Below the pieces are notes generated by a model that searched no databases, was not told where the DNA came from, and worked only from the letters and a program-made list of their open reading frames with translations. A stretch of 64,000 nucleotides of DNA from Alphaproteobacteria bacterium (GTDB lineage Bacteria > Pseudomonadota > Alphaproteobacteria > UBA828): assembly GCA_963422645.2 (NCBI GenBank), contig CAXXVO010000004.1, positions 416,001 through 480,000 on the forward strand. The letters run 5' to 3'. How positions within the stretch are numbered: the stretch's first letter is position 1; every line of letters begins with the position of its first letter. The position numbers were made by a program, and so were the translations under genes. Of the stretch, positions 22,836-33,771 are shown piece after piece.

Positions 22836-25323
22836 GGCTGTTCTGGGCAGCGTGCCGGGAACTCCTTGAATTCTGATACATTTCGGTTGTTTCAGGCGGT
22901 TTTTCGCTGGGTGTCGCGCCCGAGGTCTGATAGTATAATTTGATACCAATTGCACGGTCTCAACCATGCCCAGTACCCTCCCAATGTGCCCTCCAGAGGC
23001 GGTCTCGATCGGCAACAGCTGCTTCGCCGTCCTGATCTCGGACGACACCTTCACCTACTTTTCCAACCTCATTCCCTTTGACAGCCACGCCGCCGATGAC
23101 CGCACGGCCATGCTCTTGCGGATCGGCCGCCTCGCGGCGATCAGCGCGGTCTCGCCGCAGGAACTGGCTGACGCTTTCGCTGTCTCGCGCGCGACGGTGC
23201 AGCGCGCACGACGGCGCTACCTGGCCGAGGGCGAAGCGGGGTTCATGAAGCCCCGGCGCGGTCGCGGGCCGTCGGTGTTCACTCCGGAGTTGGCGGAGAA
23301 GGCGACGGCGTTGCTGGCATCGGGCCTGAGCGGCTCTGCGGCGGCCCGGGTTCTCGGCGTGTCAGCGCCATCGGTCAACAAGTGGCGCCGTCAGGGACTG
23401 ATCGGCAACACGGAGGCGGATGGGGAGCCCGGACGCTCAGCGCTGGCTGCGCCGCCTGACGCGGGTGCGGCTCCTGAAGGCCGTGTCGATGAAGAGAGTA
23501 CCGGTGCCCCGGGGCCGGAGACGGCGCCGGGGCTGGAAGCGCAGCCGCAAACGGATCGCAGCGCGCGCGATCGGCGGGACCGGCAGGCGCCGATGGGGCG
23601 TGCGACTTGCGATGTTCCGGCTCGGGTTCTGGCCAGTTGTGGACAGGCGGGGCCGGTCGAACCGCAGTTCGCCGCCGCCGCCCGCGGTGTCCGCTTCGGC
23701 GGCGTGCTCGCCGCCCTGCCGGCCCTGCTGAAGGAAGGTCTTCTCTCCGAGACCGGTCTCCTGCCATTGCTGCCGAAGGGCTATTACGGCTTGCCTACGA
23801 TCCTGCTCTTCCTGGCCTTCATGACCTTGGCGCGGGTGCGCAACCCCGAGAGCCTGCGCTACCAGGCGCCGGGCGAATGGGGCGCCATTCTCGGCCTCGA
23901 TCGCTGCCCCGAGGTCAAGACGCTGCGCCGCAAGATCGCTCTCATCGCCGACGACGAGGCCGGCGTGCGGGCGTGGCAGCTCGCCCTTGCCAGGCGCTGG
24001 CAAGGCCGACGAGCCGGAGCTCTGGGCGACGCTGGCCATCGACGGGCACGTCAAGGTCTACTCCGGCCGCAAGGGGCGCTTGCCCAAGCACTTCGTCTCG
24101 CGCGAGAAGCTGTGCCTGCCGGCGAGCGCCAGCTACTGGATCAACGCTCTGGGCGGCAAGCCGCTGCTCTGTCTGCACAAGCCGCTGGACCCGAAGATGG
24201 TCGCGGCCATCGAAGCCGACGTGGTGCCGGCGCTGCAGGAGCTTGGGATCGTTGGCGCCGGGGCGCCGGACCTGACCGCCGAGCATCCCGGCCAGCCGGC
24301 GCTCACCCTGGTCTTCGACCGCGAGGGCTGGAGCCCGGATCTGTTCCGCCGGCTGGCGAGGCGCGGCGTCGCCTGCCTGACCTGGCACAAGAACTTCAGG
24401 GGCGAGGACTGGCCGGCCGAGGACTTCGGCGCGATGACCGTTCCCATTCACGGACCGGCGGCGGACGGCAGCGCCACCATGCGGCTGGCTGAGAAGCCGG
24501 TGACGTTGCCGAACGGCTTCAGGGTGCGCCAGATCCGCCGCCTGCTCGACAACGGCCGTCAGGTGCCGCTGATCACCACCGATCCGCACAAGCCGATGGC
24601 TGAGGTTGCGGGCGCCATGTTCTCGCGCTGGTCGCAGGAGAACTTCTTCAAGTACATGCGTGACGAGTTCAATCTCGACGCCCTGCCGACCCACGAGCTC
24701 GAGCCTCTCGATCCCGCCGCCATGGTCGTCAACCCGCTGCGGCGGGCCTATGACAAGGCAATCCATCGCCTCGACCGCCAGCTTGGCCGCCTGCGCAACC
24801 GCATCGCCGACACGGCCCGGAAGAAGCAGCCGACGGCGGAACTCAGGAGGGAAGTCAGGGACCTCCAGGATGTCCGCGACATCGTCAGGGCCAGCCGCAG
24901 GGAGACGCCCAAGCACTGCCGGGCCGGCGACCTCGACGAAGCCGAGCAGCTCGATGCCTTGCCCGCGCGCGAGCGCCTCCTCCTCGACGTCATCCGGATG
25001 ATCGCCTACCGCGCCGAAACCCGCATGATGCTTCCCGTCATGCAGGCGCAGGGCCACAAGCCCCATCCCCGGAAACTGCTTCAAGCGCTGCTCACCGCCG
25101 ATGCCGACATCCTGCCGGATCCTGGCAATGGCCTCCTGCGGGTCCACATTCTTGGCCTCGCAAACGACGCCTGCGACCGTTGGATCGATGCGGTTCTGAG
25201 CGACCTGAACGCCACCGAAACGGTCTTCCCCGGCACCCGTCTGCGCATAGTCTACGACATCGACGGGGCCTCGGAATCCGCGCGGCTCGTGTCACCTAAA
25301 ATCAGCAGAGGTCAGGAAGTCTG
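22836..25323 (+). mobile_element. Unclassified DDE-type IS, copy 1 (first 24 bp lost at IS21 junction)
   Basis: Matches 57028-59515 (offset 34192); right TIR GAGGTCAGGAAGTCTG followed by AACCT. Confidence 0.88.
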
Positions 25324-25324
25324 A
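22966..25324 (+). pseudogene. Putative transposase split by a +1 frameshift near 24002
   Basis: ORF1: HTHs and PGEWGAILGLDRCPEVKTLR; ORF2: IDGHVKVY, VFDREGWS, RWSQENFFK (DDE-like triad). Confidence 0.75.
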
Positions 25325-25761
25325 ACCTCGCGCGCCGCCTTCAAAAGCATAAGGAGGGCTGCCTGCGCTTCCTCACCGACCTGCGCACGCCGTTCACGAA
25401 TAACGAGGCGGAGCGTGACATCCGTATGAACAAAGTGCATGAGAAGATCTCAGGCGGCTTCCGCTCCCTGCAAGGCGCCTGCAACTTCGCCGGAATGCGC
25501 AGCGTCATCGTCACCGCTCGAAAGCAAGGCTGGAACATCCTGCAAATCCTGGCGCACCCGGAACCGATGCAGCTGATCCCTATACTGCGCTCCTGAACTT
25601 CTCCGGCTCATCCTGAGTATCGCTGTCCTCTCATCTTGTTCGCGACGCGGCGTTCATCATCCTCTCGCGCTCAAGAGAGTAGGCACCCCCGCGGCGTGGG
25701 GGCGTTGACGCAAAAGGAACTGGCTTGTTCCATAAGAGAGAGGGGGTACCTGGGCAGTTAC
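25324..25761 (+). mobile_element. IS66-family remnant: transposase 3' end (stop 25596) and right TIR
   Basis: NLARRL..FLTDL..PFTNNEAERDIRM.K..KISGGFRS..TARKQGWN; ends ACCTGGGCAGTTAC. Confidence 0.85.
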
Positions 25762-26110
25762 CCTTAATCTTCTGAATGACCTTGATGAGAGGGAACTCAG
25801 GCGCGATGGATGCGGAGCAGGAGTTGGCGCTGATCGCGCTGATGGAGTGGGAGGAGCGCCGGGACCGGTGGCTGGCGTTTCCGGCTCCGGACCGGGATCG
25901 CGTCGTGCAGGGTCTGGCCGATCTGATGGTTCGGATTGCGGATCGGGAGGCGGCCGATGACGGTCGATCCGTCGAAGATCACCCAGCGTCATCTTGAGCG
26001 TCTTGCAGTTGTCGTAACTGCCCAGGTCGTCTGATTTGTCATTTTGGGCCAGTGGATTGAGGCGTTTCTCGTTCGGAGTTGGTGGAAAGGGCTTGACGGG
26101 AATTTCGGGA

Positions 26111-27161
26111 ACCGCTTATGCACATGGCTCCGGTCGCGAGAGTTTGCCACCAGATGTTGAGGTTGAGGTTAGGGCGGGAGAACGGGTAGAATGTTGCCTA
26201 TACGTTCCTGCCGACGGAGCCACCACATGAAACAGGTCGCCGACAGCCTCCTCGCCTTCCAGCACATGTTCCCGGACGATGACGCCTGCGCCGCCTGGCT
26301 GATCGAAATGCGCTGGCCGGACGGCTTCGTCTGTCCCGCGTGCGGCCATGAAAAGGGATGGGCGCTGCGCAGAAAAGCACACACCTTCGAGTGCGCCGGC
26401 TGCCGCCGGCAGACCTCGGTGACGGCCGGGACGATCCTGCACGCCAGCAAGCTGCCGCTCACCGTCTGGTTCTGGGCCGCCTACCTGATGGCGACCCACT
26501 CCAACGGCATCTCTGCCCTGCAGCTCCAGAAACAGCTCGGTATCGGCTCTTACCGCAGCGCTTGGCTGCTCGCCCACAAGCTGCGCGCCAGCATGGTCGA
26601 CCCCGAGCGCAACCCGTTGTCGGGCCTGGTGGAAATCGACGAGGCCAGCCTTCCATTCCGGACCAAAGACGATCCTCCCACCGGAGGGCAAGGACGCAGC
26701 CACGACGGCAAGATGCTCATCGTCGGCGCCATCGAACTGGGGGATGGAACCATCCCGGGCCGCCTGCGGCTGGCCGAAATCTCCTCCTACGGCGCCGCCG
26801 ACCTCGGACACTTCGTCGAAACCGCCGCCGATCCCGACGCCATCGCGAAAACCGACGGCTGGTCCGGCTACGCTGCGGTCCCCGCCGATCGCCACAATGT
26901 CCATGTCGTCGGGAAGACCGCCGCTCACCTCGTCCTGCCGTGGATCCACCAAGTCTTCTCCAACCTCAAAGGATGGGCGCGAGGCGTCTACCACGGGCTG
27001 CGCCGCAAGCATCTGCAGGCCTATCTCGATGAGTTCGCCTTTCGCTTCAACCGCCGCAAAACCCGCCACGCTGCTTTCCGCTCGCTCTTCCGCATCGCCA
27101 CCAATGCAAAACCCCTTACCTACAGCATGTTGATCGAACCGGAGCCATGTGCATAAGCGGT
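26111..27161 (+). mobile_element. IS1595-family element (1051 bp) nested in the IS66 leader
   Basis: Perfect 24-bp TIR ACCGCTTATGCACATGGCTCCGGT; 8-bp TSD TTTCGGGA at 26103-26110 and 27162-27169. Confidence 0.93.
26227..27156 (+). CDS. IS1595-family transposase
   Basis: RWPDGFVCPACG zinc ribbon, VEIDEA, TDGWSGY, HLQAYLDEFAFRFNRR; stop lies inside the right TIR. Confidence 0.93.
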   Translation: MKQVADSLLAFQHMFPDDDACAAWLIEMRWPDGFVCPACGHEKGWALRRKAHTFECAGCRRQTSVTAGTILHASKLPLTVWFWAAYLMATHSNGISALQLQKQLGIGSYRSAWLLAHKLRASMVDPERNPLSGLVEIDEASLPFRTKDDPPTGGQGRSHDGKMLIVGAIELGDGTIPGRLRLAEISSYGAADLGHFVETAADPDAIAKTDGWSGYAAVPADRHNVHVVGKTAAHLVLPWIHQVFSNLKGWARGVYHGLRRKHLQAYLDEFAFRFNRRKTRHAAFRSLFRIATNAKPLTYSMLIEPEPCA

Positions 27162-27186
27162 TTTCGGGAAATGACTCAACAACGAC

Positions 27187-28693
27187 ATGAGCAATCCCGA
27201 GTCGCCGCGCGGCCCTTCGACGGGAGCAGCGCCCGAAACGCCCGCGCAGAAGATCGCCCGCCTGGAGGAGGAGAACGCCCGGCTTCGGGAGGAAAATGCC
27301 TGGCTTCGGCAGCAGAACGCGCGGCTGGAAGAGCAAGTCGCGCGTCTCGTCGAGCGCATCGAGGAGTTGGAGCGCCGTCTCGGCCTCAACAGCGGCAACA
27401 GCGGCAAGCCGCCTTCGAGCGATGGGCTGAGGAAGCCGAATTCGAAGCGGCGAACCCGAAGCCTGCGCGGCAAATCGGGCCGCAAGCCCGGTGGCCAGCC
27501 CGGCCACAAGGGCAAGACGCTGCGCCGCGCCGATCACCCGGATCGGGTGAAGGATCACGTCCCGGCTTCCTGCAAGGGATGCGGTTCGCCGCTTTCGGAC
27601 GCGGCCAGGGCGGGAACGCCCGTCGCCCGCCAGGTGTTCGATCTGCCCGAGCCGAGCCCCCTGGAGGTGACCGAGCACCGGGCGCATGCCAAGTGCTGCG
27701 GGCATTGCGGGACGGTGACCCGGGCGGCGTTCCCCGACGGGGTGTCGGCGCCGGTGCAGTACGGCCCGCGCATTGCCGGGGTGGCGGTCTACCTTCAGCA
27801 CGCTCACTTCCTGCCGGAGGATCGGCTGTCGCAGGTGATGGCCGAGCTCTTCGGCGCGCCGGTGACGGCTGCGACGTTGGCGACGATGAGCGAGAGGGCG
27901 GCCGAGCGGCTTGCGGGACGCGGCCTTGCACATACAGGACCTGGCGGCGGGCACGGCGCGGGTGAAACACATGGACGAGACCGGCTTGCGGATCGGCGGT
28001 CAGACGCAGTGGCTTCATGTGATCTGCACGCCGCTGCTGGCGGCGTACCGGGTCAGCGGCAAGCGCGGCGCCCTGCTCTCGGGTGTCTCCGGCATCGTCG
28101 TGCACGATCACTGGAAGCCGTACTTCGCGATGGAAGGGGTGGAGCACGGCCTGTGCAACGCCCATCACCTGCGGGAGTTGCAGGCGCTGGTGGACATCGA
28201 AGGGGAGGCTTGGGCCCGGCGGATGCAGCAGCTCCTGCGCCGAGCCAATCGCGCCGCCCGCATCGCGCTGGACAAGGATATCGCCGTTCCGGCGAGGCTT
28301 GTGGCGCTGATCGAGCGCCGATACGACGAGATCATCGCCGATGCGCTGGCCTTTCACGAGAGCCAACCACCGTTCTCGCCTGGCAAGAGGAAGAAGCGCC
28401 GGAAGCGAAGGATCGGTCACAATCTGGCCTTGAGGCTGCGCGACCACAAATGCGCGGTGCTCCGGTTCCTGATCGACCTCGAGGTCGGGTTCACGAACAA
28501 CGAGGCCGAGCGCGACCTTCGGATGATGAAGCTGCGCCAGAAGATCTCCGGGGGCTTCCGGTCCGCGCAGGGGGCCGAGAACTTCGCCATCCTGCGCAGC
28601 GTCATCACCACCGCCAGAAAGCAGGGCTGGAATATCATCGAAGCCCTGACCAGCCCATCGGATCGGCTCATCGCCACCGTCAAGTGCGCGTAA
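27187..28693 (+). pseudogene. IS66 transposase with frameshift near 27910
   Basis: Coiled coil, NSGNSGKPPSSDG, GGQPGHKG, zinc finger; second frame HMDETG, HDHW, CNAHHLREL, FTNNEAERDLR. Confidence 0.88.
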
Positions 28694-31284
28694 GCTCACC
28701 TGGCACGGGTTCTCCAACAGCGGAGCCATTCTCATAAACGATCATGGTCGACGCCGTGCTGGACCACCCCATAGAATGAAAATCGGTGCCCGTCGCGCGG
28801 GCGGACTTCGGGCCACATCGGGGTAGCTTACCGGTCGCAGTCCGCAAGAGGGGCATCGTGAGCTGTGAAACCCGGCGACCACAGAGGAGCACACGGGCGT
28901 CGCGTGGGTAGCGTTGTGCCGAATCCCAGAGAATTTTCACAGCAAGAACCTGGGCAGTTACCAGTTGTCTACGTTCGCCAGTCGACACCCTTGCAAGTGA
29001 ACGCGCACCAGGAATCGCAGCTGCGCCAATACGCGCTTGGCGAGCGTGCCCGGGAGATTGGCTGGCCGGCCGAGCGGATACGGACGATCGACGCCGATCT
29101 TGGCGAGAGCGCAAGCGAGAAGGCGCGCGGCGAGCGTGGCGGCTTTCGGGAGATGTGCGACCTGATCGCCCGGGACCATGTCGGGGGCATCTTCGGGATT
29201 GAGGTTTCGCGGCTCGCCAGGAACACGATGGAATGGTTTCAGCTTCTCGATCTATGTCGCAGGCACGACACGGTTCTGGTTGAGGACTGCCACATCTACT
29301 GCCCGAGCCGGGACGACGACTCCCTTGTCCTGGGGATCAAGGGAACCGTGAGCGCCGCTGAGCTGTCTTTTATTCGCGCCCGGATGGAGGGCGGAAAGCG
29401 GAACAAGGCGCTTCGTGGCGAGTTGTACTCGCGCGTTCCGATCGGATTTGTGCGGGATGGCTCGACTTTGCGGAAGGATCCGGATGCCCGGGTTCAGGCG
29501 GCGATTGCAACGGTCTTTGCGCGTTTTCGGCAAGCCGGTTCGGCCCGCCAGGCGACGATGCTGCTGCGTGAGGCGGGCGAGGATGTTCCCTCTCGCCGGC
29601 ACCCGGGGGCAGCATTGGAATGGGGCCCGGCGCGCTATGAACGGGTGTACCGCATCCTCACCAACCCGGCGATGGGCGGCGCCTATGCCTACGGCTTCAA
29701 ACGCGGCGTTGGTCACGGTGCGCCGCTGCGGCCGGTCCAGGAGCGCTGGGATATTCTTCAGCCGGAGAAGCATGAGGGATATGTCAGTTGGGCAGAATGG
29801 CTTGAAGTACAGGAGCAGCTGGCCCGCAACCACATGGCTCCGGACGGAGCCCGCGGCGCGGCGCGGGAAGGGTCGGCTCTGCTCCAGGGTCTCGCGGTCT
29901 GCGGCGGCTGCGGATTGCCGATGACCGTCTACTACAGCAAGACGGGCTGGGGGTATGAGTGCCGCAAGCGCGATGCTGCGCGCCGGCGCGGCGGTTGTTG
30001 GTCGACAGGCGGCAAGCGCGTTGATGCGGAAGTTGCCCGTCTGTTTCTCGATGCGGTCACGCCGGCGGGGGTGGAGGCGGCCCGGCAGGCGGCTTGTGAT
30101 GTTGCTGAACGCGGCCTGCGCGCGTTGCGCCGTTGGGAGCTGGATCTTGAGCACTGCCGGTACGAGGCGCGGCTTGCCGAGCGGCGCTACAAGCAGGTCG
30201 ATCCCGACAACCGTCTGATTGCGGCAACGCTGGAGCGCGAGTGGGAGAAGGCGCTTCGCGCCGAGAAGGCTGCACAGGAAGCGCTTGAGGCGGCACGGGC
30301 GCGTCAGCCCGCGGCCCCTGCCCCGGCGGTTTTCGAGGGTCTCGGCGCGCGCCTGTCGCAGGTCTGGGGGGCGTCGTCGACGACCATGCGCGAGCGCAAG
30401 CGCCTGCTCGCCTGCCTCCTCGACGAGGTGACGATCGAGCTTGCGCGACAGGAGCGTGAGATCATGGCAACATTGCGCTGGCGTGGCGGGCAGATCGACG
30501 AGATCACTTTGCCGATGCTCGCGGGCTCTCCGACACCCCGGCGCGATGAGCGCAGCACGGTCGAGCTCGTGCGCAAGCTGTCATGCTTTTACAACGACCG
30601 GGAGACCGCGAAGGTTCTCACCCGCCAGGGACGGCGCACAGCACGGGGTCTGGATTTCACGGCCGAGCTTGTTGGCAGCCTGCGTCGCCGCCATGGCATT
30701 GCGCCCTACCAGCCCGACGGGGACGAGCCGGTGCTCATGGGCGTTGCCGATGTGGCGAAGGAGATCGGAGTCTCGGATGACACCATCTATCGCTGGATCC
30801 GCGAGGGGCTGGTTCCGGTTGCCCAGCCCGATATCGAAGGTGCTCCTCTTCGGATCCGGATGACCCCGACCTTGCGCGAGCGCTTTCGTGAGGCGCCTCC
30901 GGAGGGGTTTGTTCCCCTCGCTGTGGCAATGGATCGTCTGGGTGTCACGCGGCAGACGGTCTGGGAACGGATCAAGGCGGGCAGGCTGGACAGCTGCCAT
31001 GTGACCCGCGGCAAGACGCGCGGACTGTATGTGCGTTTGCCGGTCGAGGACGAACTGCCGCTGCTGCGCGGGCTCAACGGTGATGGGGGGTGACCATGCC
31101 CGGACCGTCAGGCAAAACGCCCGATGCAGATCCGCACCTCCAACGTGCGATACTGGAAAATCACGTCCGGCACGATGTAAAGGTCGCCGCGGCGGCAACA
31201 ACGGAATCCAAACCGCCTTTTCTATCAATGCGGTAGAAACGCCCGCCCACCTGCACAACGGAGAAGCATTATGAAGCCTTCATC

Positions 31285-31745
31285 TCGATGAGCACCGGGG
31301 TGATGTTGTAGCGCTCGGTCCAGTCGTCGGGCAGGCGGCGGCGGACGAGGGCGAGGATGTGCGAGCCCAGGTTGGGGATGGTGATCCAGGGCAGGATCAG
31401 GAACCTCGGATTGTCGACGACGAGCGGGAGGTTCTTCTCGCGCGATCGTGGCGTCCAGCCGATGAAGTTGTCGCGCGGAGCGAGCTTCCATGCGGCGGTT
31501 GAGAAGCCGAGCATGGCGATGGGCCAGCCGTTTCGGTCGTGGACGGCGTAGAGCATCTGGGCGCCGACGAGGGTCTTGTAACCGAGATAGTGGTAACGGG
31601 CGACGAACTCGTTCCACAACCTGCCCTCGCGGGTCTCGCGGACGACGGGGCGCAGGTCGATCGGGCGAACCTCGTCGAGGGTTGTCGGGGCCGGAAGCAG
31701 CGGCGGCTCGGTGTCCGGCCCGAAGACGACTGGCTTTGGCCGGTG
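31285..31745 (-). pseudogene. DUF4338 (DruA-like) gene fragment B, interrupted after PVLIE
   Basis: Diverged paralog of 15578-16023 ending at the identical junction. Confidence 0.85.
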
Positions 31746-32338
31746 ACCTCGTCATACTGTCGGCGTATGGTCTCCTTGTGCCTCTCCGACGCCTGCTCCT
31801 CGCGGGCCAGCCGCTTCCCCAGACGGGCGACCTCCCTGTTCAGCCGGGTCACCTCCTTGCGCAGCTCGCCTCGTTCCGCGCGTAGCGACTCGATCGTGGC
31901 CTTCTGGTTCTCCGCTCGCTCCAGGGTCGCACGCAGCCGGCGCCCCTCCCTGCCCGCCGTTGAGGTCGGCCTGCGCTTGGCCTGCTCGATGCTGGCTTCG
32001 GAAAGGAGCTTCTCCAGGCGCGTCACTTCAGCCTGCAGGGAAAGCGCGTCCTTCGCCGTGCGGCGGACTTCCCGCGTCTCCTCAACCGCCGCCTTCAGCT
32101 TGCTCCGGCTCCTGTCGAGCTGCCACTTCAGGGAACCCGCCCGGGCACGGGAACCCACCTCCGCCCAGCGCAACTCTTCGCAGCGCGCTTCGGCCGCGTC
32201 CGCACGCGCCCGTTCCCGCTCCGCGCGGGCGTGCTCCCGCTCGTACTCCGAACGCCAGTCTCGCGGCGCGCACGCCGGTGCTGCATCGGAGGGCGACCAG
32301 ATCCCGTCGCCACCTTCAACCAGCGTCAGGTTGCGCAA
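31746..32338 (-). pseudogene. Coiled-coil N-terminal fragment joined out of frame to DUF4338 fragment B; possible internally deleted transposase
   Basis: Heptad-rich E/R/A sequence; GTAAC on the minus strand at 32395 resembles an IS66-like end. Confidence 0.4.
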
Positions 32339-32457
32339 GAATCCTCGTCGCGAACCGCCATGCGCTCGACGATAGCGCGTGGCGTTCCGTGTTACCAGCC
32401 CCCTCCGAATACCGGCAGACTCGGACCCACCGGCGAGTCGTAATCCAGGAGGCCCCG

Positions 32458-33426
32458 ATGCACGAAGACGTGCTCCGCAGCTTCAATCGAGTACTTGGCC
32501 CTGGCTTGGCGGCGGTACAGCAGCACTTCATCCATGTCCTCATGCTCAGGGCGTGGCGCGAAGATAGTGCCGCAGATCGGATAGCTTCGATTGATGCGGT
32601 CGATCTGCCCAATGCGATGCGTATCGTGGACTACCTGGTGTCGGCCAGATACGTACCGAGGCTGGCGAGCGACCGTCGGACCCTCGCAGACAACATGCCC
32701 GGAGCCGGGGAAAGTCCGAAGGCGGTATATGCCGCCGAAGAGCGGCTCGATTGCAAGCTGAGAGACGTGCTCAGGTCGGTGGAGCGGGAGCTGACACCAT
32801 ACGAGAGGAACGTGCCGATCGAGTTCATCTCCGCTCCGCTCGAGGGCAGGGCCGCCTATCAGGACTGGCTACGACAACAGCTCGAACACCCATGCGACCC
32901 GGTGAAGCGAGAGGAATTGGCAGAACCGGCAAAGCTCAGCCTCGACTCGCTCTTCGCAAACCTCATGGTAATGATCGATCAGACACTCGTGCACGCCTTC
33001 GTCCATTGGCACGGAGGCGAACGCGGTCTGGCGGACTCGGTATGGGAGATGAGTGGTGCAGCCATGATGCACGCGGCCGGTATAGCCAACTCGCTGGCGC
33101 ACCGCCATGTTGCGCCCGATCCGACTCGTGCGGTGAACGAGGACAACGTGGCGTTGCCCTGCGTGGCTACGGCACCATCCAACGCATTGGTAAGTGATCA
33201 TTTGCTTGCCGAGCGGTGTTTCGCCGCGGCGAAACGGGCCGCCATCGCCCAACCGGAAGCGGACCTCGAGGACGCTTGCCGCGAAATCGAGACCTACTAT
33301 GGTGAACTCGTCTGCTGGCGACCGGGCCGGAAGCTTCCCCGGCTCGACAACCCCTGTGTCGACTTCAAGCGGGTTCTTCGCAAGTACGTATGGAGTGGGT
33401 GCAGCGGGTCGGCATCGTCGGCGTAG
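32458..33426 (+). CDS. Tandem degenerate bacterioferritin-like protein (322 aa)
   Basis: AGGAGG RBS; two repeats of the Bfr helix A/B pattern: AVQQHFIHVLMLRAW and MIDQTLVHAFVHWHGG..MSGAAMMHA. Confidence 0.6.
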   Translation: MHEDVLRSFNRVLGPGLAAVQQHFIHVLMLRAWREDSAADRIASIDAVDLPNAMRIVDYLVSARYVPRLASDRRTLADNMPGAGESPKAVYAAEERLDCKLRDVLRSVERELTPYERNVPIEFISAPLEGRAAYQDWLRQQLEHPCDPVKREELAEPAKLSLDSLFANLMVMIDQTLVHAFVHWHGGERGLADSVWEMSGAAMMHAAGIANSLAHRHVAPDPTRAVNEDNVALPCVATAPSNALVSDHLLAERCFAAAKRAAIAQPEADLEDACREIETYYGELVCWRPGRKLPRLDNPCVDFKRVLRKYVWSGCSGSASSA

Positions 33427-33771
33427 CCAGTTGGCCGGAGATCTTGCCAAGCGATTCCAGCCCCGGTCTGGGCGGGTCCGGCCCTGCGACGGAGTGACGG
33501 ACGGGCATGGGCGGGCGTGCACGGGGCCCCGAAGCCCCAGACTCTTCCCAAAGAGGTCTGGATCATCCCGCCGGCCACAGCAACGACCCCACGGCCTGAT
33601 CACAAAATCCCAACCGTCGCTGTCTCAATGTCGTTGACAGGTTCCGACTTGCCGGCATCCATCACGACGTGAAGCGTGATGCCGATGGTGCGCCCGTCAC
33701 GGGCTGACGGAACATTTACCGAGCCGGAGCGACGCGCAGGTGGAAGCTTAACAACAGCCGGGGCTGCACGG

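Larger units (their letters stand above)
26014..28961 (+). mobile_element. IS66-family element (single-ORF, ISBst12-like) with 14-bp TIR and 8-bp TSD
   Basis: TIR GTAACTGCCCAGGT / ACCTGGGCAGTTAC; TSD CAGTTGTC at 26006-26013 and 28962-28969. Confidence 0.93.
25957..31093 (+). pseudogene. Large serine recombinase copy 2, interrupted by IS66 just before YVRQST
   Basis: ATG at 25957; frame resumes after 28961 and is open to 31093. Confidence 0.88.
25762..31284 (+). mobile_element. Large-serine-recombinase element, copy 2 (left ~250 bp lost; carries nested IS66 and IS1595)
   Basis: Matches 13009-15577 apart from the IS66 insertion; same right junction ATGAAGCCTTCATC|TCGATGAGC. Confidence 0.85.

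Noticed and set aside
28865-28961. N-terminus of the 742-aa ORF as a natural recombinase start
   Set aside because: These codons come from the IS66 right end; an in-frame fusion retaining the catalytic Ser exists but nothing shows it is expressed
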